Part shown: positions 17,549 to 25,456 of the stretch, one piece after another | Layout of the letters: the number at the start of each line of letters is the position of its first letter | How positions within the stretch are numbered: the first letter of the stretch is position 1 | Assembly: GCA_045047305.1 (NCBI GenBank) | Contig: JASFYO010000020.1 | Location: 1 to 25,456 of the forward strand | Reading direction: 5' to 3' | Source of the DNA: Planctomycetota bacterium | Lineage (GTDB): Bacteria > Planctomycetota > UBA1135 | DNA length: 25,456 nt | Program-made: the position numbers and the translations under genes | Notes under the pieces: generated by a model | What the model was told of the DNA's origin: nothing | The model's database searches: none | Seen by the model: the letters and a program-made list of their open reading frames with translations, nothing else

Positions 17549-17817
17549 ATGAAATCTAAGACTTCACTGATTCTTTGCGCAATTTTAAGCGCAAGCTCTC
17601 TTTTGGCTCCAGACGGTTCCATGGTCTTCAAGCTAGATGGTCTGGTTCGTGGAGGGGAGGTTTGGTGAAGAAGTCGGCCGCATTGGCGACGACACTGACT
17701 GCGACCAACGACGGGGAGCGGGTCATCTTTTCCCCACCAGTCGCTGCACTCTGCGGCATGTCTCTCCAGGTGGTAGACCTTTGGAGCTGCCTGGCATCGA
17801 ACACCGTGGTGCTCTAG
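17549..17817 (+). pseudogene. Collapsed remnant of a secreted FG-GAP protein with C-terminal domain
   Basis: Three consecutive frames give a signal peptide (MKSKTSLILCAILSASSLLA, from 17549), the start of an FG-GAP repeat (FGEEVGRIGD, 17661-17690) and a C-terminal-domain tail (TLTATNDGERVIFSPPVAALCGMSLQVVDLWSCLASNTVVL*, 17692-17817). Confidence 0.6.
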
Positions 17818-17820
17818 CGC

Positions 17821-18417
17821 CTACATGTAAGGATTCACGCCAGAGGCATGGTCGGTGGCATCGTGAATGCCTTCGACCTCTGGCACCTCGTTGCGAATCG
17901 CAACTTCCACGCCTTGCTTCATGGTCATGGCGGCGGAACCGCAACCCTGACATCCACCACCCATGGAGATGAAGAGATCCTTGCCATCGGAAGCTTGGAT
18001 CTCCACCCAACCGCCATGCGATGCAAGGCCCGGGTTGAGGGTGTCATCGATGATGACCTGGGCTTTGTTGCGCATCAGGTCGTGGCCTTCGAGAGCTTCG
18101 ATTGCGCCTGGCTTAAACACTTCGCTGCTGTGCTCTAAAAAAGTGCGAATGGTGGTGCCGCCGGAACGCGCGACCGTGCGCCAATCTTGGGGGACCTCCG
18201 CCATGCTGATGAGCACTTCCGTGCCGGAAACGCGCACGCCTTTGAGGCCTTCGATGGCTTCGAACAAAGCGGTTGCAAGTGGAGACCAAGTCTCAGCCCA
18301 GGTGCGATCGCTCACATAAAGCGAACCCACATGCAAACTGCGGTCCACGCGGAACAAACAGTTACTTGGAATGGTCTGCGGCTCGGCAGTGATGTGGATC
18401 TTTTTCTCTTCGCTCAT
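17821..18417 (-). CDS. NifU/Nfu-family Fe-S cluster carrier protein
   Basis: C-terminal NPGLASHGG...MGGGCQGC...TMKQGVE...DATDHASGVNPY; N-terminal Nfu_N-like region. Start at ATG 18417 supported by GAGGTG (18424-18429) 6 nt upstream. Confidence 0.9.
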   Translation of the reverse strand: MSEEKKIHITAEPQTIPSNCLFRVDRSLHVGSLYVSDRTWAETWSPLATALFEAIEGLKGVRVSGTEVLISMAEVPQDWRTVARSGGTTIRTFLEHSSEVFKPGAIEALEGHDLMRNKAQVIIDDTLNPGLASHGGWVEIQASDGKDLFISMGGGCQGCGSAAMTMKQGVEVAIRNEVPEVEGIHDATDHASGVNPYM

Positions 18418-18450
18418 GACAGTCACCTCTAGGAGATGGAAGCCATCATT

Positions 18451-20553
18451 CTACTCCTTTCCCGGCTCGGAAAAAGAGATCAGGCACATTCCGTAAAGAC
18501 GCTCCAATCCGCCGATAAGCGTTGGGTGGTCCACATCCCATTCTTCGGAGAAATGGGTGATGATGTCCTGCACCGGCGTCTCGCCATCGCAGGCTTCAAG
18601 TAGGCCAAGTTCGAGTTGGTCGACGTCGAAGGTGTCGCCGCGGGCAAGAATCCGGGTGCTGACGGATTCCCCTTGTGCATCGGACACCACTTCGGCGTTA
18701 AAGCCAACAAATGCGTGTGGAATCAATCCGCCGCGCAAAGGGTCCGGGAATGTGCGCTTTTGAAACAGGCGGTTGCCGAGCACGAGTAAATCGAGATCGG
18801 AACGGAGAAAGCTCCAAGCGGCTTCGCGTGGGGTTTCCACGATGGGTTCGCCTTTGATGTTGAAGCTTGTATTCAGCACCATCGGGATTTGGGTGCGCTC
18901 GAAAAATGCAGAGATGAGTGCGTGATACTGCGGGTGCGCGCTCTTCTCCAAGGTTTGAATGCGCGCAGTGCCATCGACATGGACGACGGCAGGAATCGCA
19001 TCGCGTTTGTCTTCCTGCACTGCAACCGTCAGCGACATGTACGGCGATGGTGTGACATCGATAAACCAATCCGCTGCGTGCTCATGCAAAACCGTCGGTG
19101 CAAAAGGGCGAAACGCCTCACGCTTTTTGATCGCGGTATTGATGCGCCCGATGTTCTTCGCATCGCGCGGGTCCGCCAAAATCGAGCGATTGCCCAAGGC
19201 GCGAGGGCCAAACTCCGCGGGGCCGTCGAAGTAGGCCACTACTTGGTTGTCCGCCAGGGCATCTGCGACCACCTCCATCAGCTCGACTCCACCGAGGTCA
19301 GCCTCCTCTAGCCAAGCGCCATACTCATCAAGACCATCTTGGTAATCGGGAGCTTGTGGAGTGCGTCCGCCATAGGGGGAGAGTGGTTTACGTGGTGGCG
19401 CCAAAGGCTGACCGCTTTCTTCGGCTAGTTGGTGTAGCCCATAAAACGCACATCCCACGGCTAGTCCTTGGTCGCCCGGGTACGGCGGAATGAATACTTG
19501 CTCAAATCCAGCCTCGCGATGAATGCGCCCATTCAAAGTACTGTTCAGTGCGACACCACCGCAAAACGCCATGTTCTTGGCGCCGCTGGCCTCCCGTTGA
19601 CGCTGGAGGAAGTCCAACACCACATCTTCTAGGTCGCGTTGAAGATCTTCTGCCAAGCGCGCGTACTTCGGACGGTTTGCTTCTTCGCTCCATGCGTTAG
19701 GGTTTGGCTCTTCGCGCAAGCGTTTCCAGTCAATCGACAGGTCTTCCAAAGGGCCTTGTAAAACGGAACCGCGTTTGCCCTCAGAATCCCAATCTGATGC
19801 CCACGGCGCAAGGCCCATGACTTTACCGCAGGTGTTCCAGTCGCCAAAAACATGACTAGCGACACGCGAATAAACCGCGCCGAGTGACTCCATGTTTTCA
19901 AAGCCATAGTTGTGCAAGAGAATGGGTGTTTTCTCTGCAATCCAGCGCTTGAAGCGTCGTTGCATTTGTAATCCTTCAAACTGGAATACGGTTTCGCCTT
20001 CGCGCCAGCCGAATGCCGGAGCGAGGGAGTTGCCTTGTTCCAATCCCTTTGGAAAACTCTGAAAAGCGCCGTCTTCAGCGAGGTCAAACTCACTGCCATA
20101 TCCATCGCCAGGGCGTTGCATTTCTTGCAGGGTCGAACCCATGCCATCCATGACCACAATCAGTCCGCTATCAAATGGCGCCAATGGCATCACCGACCAT
20201 GCATGTGCGAGGTGGTGCGACAGCTCCAAACGTTTTACCCAAGGTAGCAAGTTGAATGGCGATACATAACTTTCGCGGTAGGAGTAAAGCGCAGTATCCC
20301 ACGCTACCGTTTCATGAAAGCGGTCAATGCGGAATAGGTGATTGTTGGCTACGACCAAAGCCAAGTCATCGCGCGTAGCACCGACCGTTTCCAAAGCGTG
20401 CTCGACTAACTCTGCGACATCGCCGCCATCGTGCTTTTTGCGGGTGAGCCGCTCCTTCTCTCCTAGGAAAAGCACATCGCCCTCAGCACTCAGCAAACAA
20501 GCTGCTGCCGAGTGAGTGTATTGATTCAGTCCGAGAATGAGGCCGCGCGCCAT
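18451..20553 (-). CDS. NodU/CmcH-family carbamoyltransferase with C-terminal PqqD-like extension
   Basis: ERLTRKKH, HHLAHA, VMDGMG, GKVMGLAP, GGVALN, EFGPRALGNRSILADP, KKREAFRPFAP, HVDGTARIQT and NTSFN..GEPIVETP motifs. Confidence 0.92.
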   Translation of the reverse strand: MARGLILGLNQYTHSAAACLLSAEGDVLFLGEKERLTRKKHDGGDVAELVEHALETVGATRDDLALVVANNHLFRIDRFHETVAWDTALYSYRESYVSPFNLLPWVKRLELSHHLAHAWSVMPLAPFDSGLIVVMDGMGSTLQEMQRPGDGYGSEFDLAEDGAFQSFPKGLEQGNSLAPAFGWREGETVFQFEGLQMQRRFKRWIAEKTPILLHNYGFENMESLGAVYSRVASHVFGDWNTCGKVMGLAPWASDWDSEGKRGSVLQGPLEDLSIDWKRLREEPNPNAWSEEANRPKYARLAEDLQRDLEDVVLDFLQRQREASGAKNMAFCGGVALNSTLNGRIHREAGFEQVFIPPYPGDQGLAVGCAFYGLHQLAEESGQPLAPPRKPLSPYGGRTPQAPDYQDGLDEYGAWLEEADLGGVELMEVVADALADNQVVAYFDGPAEFGPRALGNRSILADPRDAKNIGRINTAIKKREAFRPFAPTVLHEHAADWFIDVTPSPYMSLTVAVQEDKRDAIPAVVHVDGTARIQTLEKSAHPQYHALISAFFERTQIPMVLNTSFNIKGEPIVETPREAAWSFLRSDLDLLVLGNRLFQKRTFPDPLRGGLIPHAFVGFNAEVVSDAQGESVSTRILARGDTFDVDQLELGLLEACDGETPVQDIITHFSEEWDVDHPTLIGGLERLYGMCLISFSEPGKE

Positions 20554-20589
20554 TGCGGCATAGAATAACGGAGCGGGGGCAAGCTTGAG

Positions 20590-22917
20590 TTATCGCGCGT
20601 TGCGCAAACTTTCGATGGCTTCCTGGATTCCCACATAGGGGAAAGAGAGCGAAAAGACTTGGTCGGGCTGGTCGAGGACTTCCACCTTCTGTGTTTTCTC
20701 TCCGCTTGGCCAAAGGACATCCTCTCGGGTGAAGAAACTTTCGGTGTCCATGACCAAGAAGGACAGGAGATACGTGCCTGCGGCAGGCACTGGAACCACT
20801 GCCAGGTTCTCAGGGATAAGCTCTCGGATTTGTCCTGAATGCTTGGTCGTTCCATTAGAAGCTTCGCTTTCTACGCGATAAATCAGCCGCATATCACTAG
20901 GAATTGAGGGTAGGTCTGAGATTTCTACTCGAACAAGAATCGGGTCTTTGAAGGTAAGCGTGAATCTACCTGGTTTTACTGTGGCGCTGATTGGGCGGTA
21001 TTTTTGGTGGTAGAATTTCAGTGCCAGCTCCTCGGTGGCGGCATAGGTCTCGAAGAAGCCATTATCCACGGTTTGAGCAAAAGTCGAATCCGCCTTGTCC
21101 GGCATTCCAAAAGCATAAACAACATCGTGTTTCGCCCCCAAAGCGATTTCACCCTCTGGAGTCTTTAAGTAAACACGGTAAAGATAAGGCTCCTTGGCTA
21201 ACAAAGGATGCAGTCGCGCATCTGGGTTCGCGTCGAAAGCCCACGGGCTGATTTCTTCGACCTCTAGGAAGGGGGAGTCGCTGTGCTGGATGAACACTTG
21301 CACTTTGCCATCTCCCGCAGGTTCTAAGCCAGACAGTAAAAACCTACCTTCGGAATCTGGAGTTTGTGTCACTACATTTCCGGTTCGAATGTAGCCAGCT
21401 ACTTCCGCACCCGGTGGTAGATAATGAACTCGCGTTTTCTCCAGCGTCTCTTTACTAAGTCCTTCAAGTTGTCCAGAAACAATCAGGCTAGGCTCTAAGC
21501 GGATCTCGAGATTGGCGTCGCCAACGTCGGCAACGACTTCTTGCGCATGAAACCCTGGCGCGGAAACCATCAGATGGAGTACTTTGGGGCGTACCGATCC
21601 GAGCAGTTGAAACGAACCATCCTCATGCAAGATGGTTTGAGTCGGGGTAGGCGTGAATTTCGATTCCGTGCGCACCTGGGTGCTGACGATGAGCTCCTCC
21701 TGGGTCTCAATTTTGACTCCCTCAATCGGTAATCCAGAAGTCGAAAAGACATAGCCAGCAACGAAGATGCTTGCCGGTTCTAAGCGAAAATCCCCCAAGA
21801 AGGGGGAAGAGGCGAGTTCTGCCGACAGTGTTTCCCGGCGCGCACGCAAGGCCGGTTCCGTGCCCTCAAATACCGCCTCGATGACTAAGTCGCGCGAGGT
21901 CCAAATCTTTCCAACCAAGCTGTCAGTGATGGCAATGGCTGCATAACCCTCAGAATCGGTCCTGCCTGCCATGCTGTAAGTCCATGTCCAATTGTTGCCT
22001 TCCTCGATGGAAATCTGATTCAACCACCCCGACCAGGCATGCTGGACTAAGGGGGTTCCATCGGGTTTTAGGATGCGAAAAGTGGCACGCGGGTTGGCCT
22101 GAAGCAACTGCAAATCCAACTTGGTGGTGCGGTTCGGTTTTGGGGCAGCAAAAGATGTTTGATCCCAATCGCCAAAGTTCTTAGCAAAGACGGATGCGGT
22201 ATGACTAGATTCTCCGGACACACATGGAAATGACACGCGGCCATTCTTATCGGTGGTCAGGGAGACCAATCCAGGGCCTGCATAACCTTGAGTCCTAAAG
22301 GCAACAGCCTTTGTCTCGGAGGTGGGGGAACAACGCACTTCGGTGGGGAAGAGCCACGGCTCACCTTTTTCATCCAGTAACTGAACTTCTACTCTTCCAG
22401 TGGCAGCCAGAACCAGCAAGACCGTGGTGGTTGGAAGTTCGCTGCGTAGGAACTTGACCGACCGAGCTTTGCCGCAGGGAAATGCAAACCCAACCACCAT
22501 GGTAAAATCTTTTCCAACTTGATAGGGCTGCAGTGCGAATTCTGCGTGCCCCTGCAGGTTGGTGGTTTCGATCTTCCATGGAAGAAAGTGGTCTTCTTCG
22601 AACTTCCAAAGCGAAACCGGGATTTCTGCCTTCGCTTGGCCGCTGGGGGATTGCACCAACACCTTTAGGCTTTTCTTGTCGCTTAGCGATTCACTGCTAA
22701 GGGCAAGGTTGGCTTCTTGGGGAATCGAATCCCGCCGCACAGCCGTGCTTGCGCTTTGCTTGATAGCGGAATCAGGCTGGGGTTCCAATTGGGCGGCATC
22801 TACATTGACTTTGGTTGGATTTTCGCCGCCTTGAGGGTCCAAGAGCGCGGTCCACGCAAGAACCAGGATCACAAAGATGGCTAGGCCAAAGACAAATAGA
22901 GAGCGCTGGCGGTTCAA
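20590..22917 (-). CDS. Membrane-anchored protein with repeated carboxypeptidase-regulatory-like beta-sandwich modules
   Basis: 775-aa ORF; N-terminal hydrophobic helix and linker; recurring TDxxG-x-hydrophobic turns (TTNLQGHAEF, TTDKNGRVSF, RTDSEGYAAI, HEDGSFQL, TPDSEGRFLL) and VSAPGF. TTG start is uncertain. Confidence 0.7.
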   Translation of the reverse strand: MNRQRSLFVFGLAIFVILVLAWTALLDPQGGENPTKVNVDAAQLEPQPDSAIKQSASTAVRRDSIPQEANLALSSESLSDKKSLKVLVQSPSGQAKAEIPVSLWKFEEDHFLPWKIETTNLQGHAEFALQPYQVGKDFTMVVGFAFPCGKARSVKFLRSELPTTTVLLVLAATGRVEVQLLDEKGEPWLFPTEVRCSPTSETKAVAFRTQGYAGPGLVSLTTDKNGRVSFPCVSGESSHTASVFAKNFGDWDQTSFAAPKPNRTTKLDLQLLQANPRATFRILKPDGTPLVQHAWSGWLNQISIEEGNNWTWTYSMAGRTDSEGYAAIAITDSLVGKIWTSRDLVIEAVFEGTEPALRARRETLSAELASSPFLGDFRLEPASIFVAGYVFSTSGLPIEGVKIETQEELIVSTQVRTESKFTPTPTQTILHEDGSFQLLGSVRPKVLHLMVSAPGFHAQEVVADVGDANLEIRLEPSLIVSGQLEGLSKETLEKTRVHYLPPGAEVAGYIRTGNVVTQTPDSEGRFLLSGLEPAGDGKVQVFIQHSDSPFLEVEEISPWAFDANPDARLHPLLAKEPYLYRVYLKTPEGEIALGAKHDVVYAFGMPDKADSTFAQTVDNGFFETYAATEELALKFYHQKYRPISATVKPGRFTLTFKDPILVRVEISDLPSIPSDMRLIYRVESEASNGTTKHSGQIRELIPENLAVVPVPAAGTYLLSFLVMDTESFFTREDVLWPSGEKTQKVEVLDQPDQVFSLSFPYVGIQEAIESLRNAR

Positions 22918-22972
22918 GATAGAACTACTCTATCCCATCCTCGCTTGGGTATCGAAAGCGGACGCGCAGGCC

Positions 22973-24673
22973 TTAAGGCAAGACGACTAGGGTTACCGCC
23001 GCCGAGACCTCGTGGATCAAGCTGAATCCCGCATCAAGGCTTACAGCAGCAGCATGAAAGTTCATGCCGAGCAATGCTGCGGAACTTCCTGAAGGCAAAA
23101 CGAAGGTTGCTGTGGCATCGCCGAATGCATCGAGAACACCAACACTCCCTTGTAGGAAGGCGGGGCTATGACCGTGGGAAGAACGGGTGAACAGCGCGTC
23201 TTGAACCAGTGGGACTCTGGCTCCCAAATACGAAGAAGGAGCACGCCCGCTGGCGGAGAGGAGGATTCCATAATCCAATCCTGCTTCCGAACTCGGGAAG
23301 TTTAGATTGAGGACGACAGACCCGCCAAGGCTGTGTGAAACGGCTTGAGCATCGGCTTGCAAAAACGGGTCGAAGCAATACACATGCACATCTCCGGAAC
23401 GGTATTGGCTGTTTAAGCCAGCCGTAGGGGCGCCAATCAGGATGTCGGGTAATCCGTCACCGTTGATATCGCCGCCATCGCCGAGCACGGTAGCGAAACT
23501 CTGGCCAGTACGAGGTGCATCGATTTTATGCAGGAGTTTTCCATTGGTGCCGGAATAAATATAAGCAGTGCCACCCGTGGTGGTGCTTCGGGATCCAATC
23601 ATGATGTCGCGGCTATGGTCACCGTTGACGTCGCCGATGGAAGAAACTGCAATACCCAAATAATCAAAGTTCTCTTCACCGGCAAAAACATGCAGGGTTT
23701 CTCCAGTGAGACCGGAAAAGACAAAGGCACCGCCGGAACCGAATACACCGCCAATGCTGGATCCCCAAGCACCGACCAGGAAGTCGTCGAATCCATCTTG
23801 GTTGATATCGCCAACGCCATCGACCGCCCAGCCGAAATGCGTGCCCCGATCTCGTCCGCGAATCTGGCGAATCATGGCCCCGGTCGCGCCGGAGTAGAGA
23901 TTAACGGCACCATCGTTGAACAATCCGGATTGCAAATAGGCGCGCGTGCCCACGATGAGGTCGGCGTGACCGTCGCCATCGATATCACCAGCTCCGGCAA
24001 CCGCGCGGCCGAGGAAGTGGTTCTTGCCACCGCCAATGAAATGCCAAATCTCTTGTCCGGTTGCTCCTGAGAAGACGAATGCAGCGCCGCGGTCTTCGGT
24101 GGATTGGGCACTCGCATTCATCGCGCCAATGATGACATCGTTGACGCCATCGGCATCGACATCGCCTGCGTTAGCAACCTTGAATCCAAACAAGTCATCC
24201 TTGGTGGCTCCGTGGAACATGTGCAACACCGTTCCGCTTGCCCCCGAAATAAGATAGGCGCGTCCGCAGTTGTTAAGCGTGCCAAAACTTTCTCCATAGG
24301 CACCAATCAAGAAATCGCCGATGCCATCCGCGTCGACATCGCCCACTCCTGCAACGGAGGAGCCAAAGTAACCACGATATTGTTTTCCAACCATGCGCAG
24401 CAACACCGTTCCTGTACGGCCGGAAATCACCTCTGCGGCGCCGGTGTTTTGCTTGCCGCTATCATCGACAAGTGGGGATCCAACAAGGAAATCGTCGAAG
24501 CCATCCTGGTCCATATCGCCGATGCCATCCACGGAACTGCCGAACTGCTCATCTTGAGTTGGGCCGCGAAGCTCGAGCAGCTGATTCCAGGCGCCGCCTG
24601 GCTGTTGCGCGAAGGAGGCAGACGCAAGAAGGAAAGCCAGGGGCAGGCATAGGAGTGGAGGTGTAAATAGCAT
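22973..24673 (-). CDS. Secreted FG-GAP 7-repeat beta-propeller protein with shared C-terminal domain
   Basis: Signal peptide ...ASFA|QQPGG; seven GDxDxDG-type repeats; C-terminal domain at about 22973-23374 aligns with those of the 287 and 2152 genes. Confidence 0.9.
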   Translation of the reverse strand: MLFTPPLLCLPLAFLLASASFAQQPGGAWNQLLELRGPTQDEQFGSSVDGIGDMDQDGFDDFLVGSPLVDDSGKQNTGAAEVISGRTGTVLLRMVGKQYRGYFGSSVAGVGDVDADGIGDFLIGAYGESFGTLNNCGRAYLISGASGTVLHMFHGATKDDLFGFKVANAGDVDADGVNDVIIGAMNASAQSTEDRGAAFVFSGATGQEIWHFIGGGKNHFLGRAVAGAGDIDGDGHADLIVGTRAYLQSGLFNDGAVNLYSGATGAMIRQIRGRDRGTHFGWAVDGVGDINQDGFDDFLVGAWGSSIGGVFGSGGAFVFSGLTGETLHVFAGEENFDYLGIAVSSIGDVNGDHSRDIMIGSRSTTTGGTAYIYSGTNGKLLHKIDAPRTGQSFATVLGDGGDINGDGLPDILIGAPTAGLNSQYRSGDVHVYCFDPFLQADAQAVSHSLGGSVVLNLNFPSSEAGLDYGILLSASGRAPSSYLGARVPLVQDALFTRSSHGHSPAFLQGSVGVLDAFGDATATFVLPSGSSAALLGMNFHAAAVSLDAGFSLIHEVSAAVTLVVLP

Positions 24674-24679
24674 AAATGG

Positions 24680-24685
24680 AGTATA
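24680..24685 (-). promoter_or_regulatory. Putative -10 element (leaderless promoter)
   Basis: TATACT on the minus strand 6 nt before ATG 24673. Confidence 0.6.
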
Positions 24686-24800
24686 GGGGTAAAATGGAAT
24701 GAAAAGGGGGTGCTGGCGGTGGCTGCGACGAAAGGAAATCGGGAAAAAGTAGGAGATTAAATTCTAGGGACAGACCTGCCAGCGGCATGGGTTGTTGTCC

Positions 24801-24806
24801 TAAAGT
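24801..24806 (+). promoter_or_regulatory. Putative -10 element (leaderless promoter)
   Basis: TAAAGT 6 nt before GTG 24813. Confidence 0.55.
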
Positions 24807-24812
24807 AGTCTT

Positions 24813-25456
24813 GTGCACGGCCCCGCCCGCTTCCTCGGACGACAGCTCGCTCGCTTTTTAGCGCAGCCCAAACGTAATTATCACAAGTTCACTTTGCAGG
24901 ACTTGGGTGTGCTGCAGGAAACTCTGTGCCCTGGCGATATTTTGCTGGTGGAAGGGGAGACGCGTATGAGCACGGCGATCCAATATCTAACCCAGTCCAC
25001 TTGGTCGCATGTGTGCTTTTACGCAGGATCGATCGATCAAAATCCAACCGAGGAAGAGCCGCGCGTGTTGATTGAGGCGGATCTCTTAGAGGGTGTGATT
25101 GCGGTCCCGTTAAGCAAATACGCGGAGCACAATGTTCGCATTTGTCGGCCGATGGGTTTGTCGAAAGAGGATAGCGATCGCATCGTTGCATTCATGGTGA
25201 ACCACATTGGACTCACCTATGACCTAAAAAACATCTTCGACCTTATGCGCTATTTGTTGCCGATGCCGCCAGTACCGCGCCACTTTCGTCGCAAGCTGCT
25301 TGCCTTTGGTAGTGGAGAGCCGACACAAGCTATCTGTTCGACTTTAATCGCAGAAGCTTTTCAATCGATTCATTATCCGATTCTTCCGCAGCACGAGAGC
25401 AAGTATCTGAGGAAACGGCACCACACACATTTTGTGCCGCGTGATTTCGACCTCTC
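24813..25456 (+). CDS. Permuted papain-like amidase (YiiX/YaeF, NlpC/P60 superfamily); partial, runs off the window and is absent from the ORF track
   Basis: Manual translation from GTG 24813 (in-frame TAA at 24801): MHGPARFLGRQLARFL...PGDILLVEG...YLTQSTWSHVCFY...LIEAD...IGLTYD...AICSTLIAEAF...VPRDFDL. His-before-Cys order is the permuted arrangement. Confidence 0.85.
   Translation, partial: MHGPARFLGRQLARFLAQPKRNYHKFTLQDLGVLQETLCPGDILLVEGETRMSTAIQYLTQSTWSHVCFYAGSIDQNPTEEEPRVLIEADLLEGVIAVPLSKYAEHNVRICRPMGLSKEDSDRIVAFMVNHIGLTYDLKNIFDLMRYLLPMPPVPRHFRRKLLAFGSGEPTQAICSTLIAEAFQSIHYPILPQHESKYLRKRHHTHFVPRDFDL

Noticed and set aside
4817..20553. PQQ or RiPP biosynthetic cluster built from the PqqB-like hydrolase, PqqD-like domain, ATP-grasp enzyme and aminotransferase
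   Set aside because: The genes are scattered over about 16 kb in different orientations; no pqqA/pqqC/pqqE, radical SAM enzyme or precursor peptide is seen; the PqqB-like protein has a lipoprotein signal.
23528..24652. Long + strand ORFs (180 and 182 aa), and similar antisense ORFs over korA and the carbamoyltransferase
   Set aside because: Antisense shadows of well-supported genes, with no motifs of their own.
144..24769. TCTAGGG occurring upstream of all three FG-GAP genes (144, 2133, 24763)
   Set aside because: Only 7 bp, with inconsistent distance and orientation relative to the genes; CTAG is not rare in this window.
24889..25191. 100-aa minus-strand ORF from the track
   Set aside because: Antisense shadow of the recognisable + strand amidase gene that runs off the window.

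Overview
Gene-dense bacterial chromosomal window with about 18 intact CDSs, one CDS running off the right edge and two gene remnants. No rRNA, tRNA, CRISPR array or mobile element is visible. The protein repertoire suggests an uncultured Planctomycetota-like organism (inference only). Housekeeping or enzymatic genes: 2-oxoacid:ferredoxin oxidoreductase (korAB), class I/II aminotransferase, ATP-grasp ligase, PqqB-like metallo-hydrolase, NifU-family protein, NodU/CmcH carbamoyltransferase, DUF1080, DUF3667 and a permuted papain-like amidase. Many secreted proteins are interspersed: three 7-repeat FG-GAP propellers, two tandem cupredoxins, a CRTAC1/ASPIC-UnbV protein and a 7-heme cytochrome-TPR lipoprotein. 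Main observations: (1) six secreted proteins with three different passenger domains, plus a decayed seventh gene, end in a related ~105-135 aa C-terminal domain, and the six intact ones have Gln right after the predicted signal-peptide cleavage site, a candidate C-terminal sorting or surface-anchoring system; (2) seven genes have a TANNNT -10 hexamer 6-7 nt before the start codon, indicating widespread leaderless transcription; (3) the carbamoyltransferase carries a C-terminal PqqD/RRE-like domain; (4) two genes appear collapsed by internal deletion. All family assignments are by-eye motif recognition; no database search was run.
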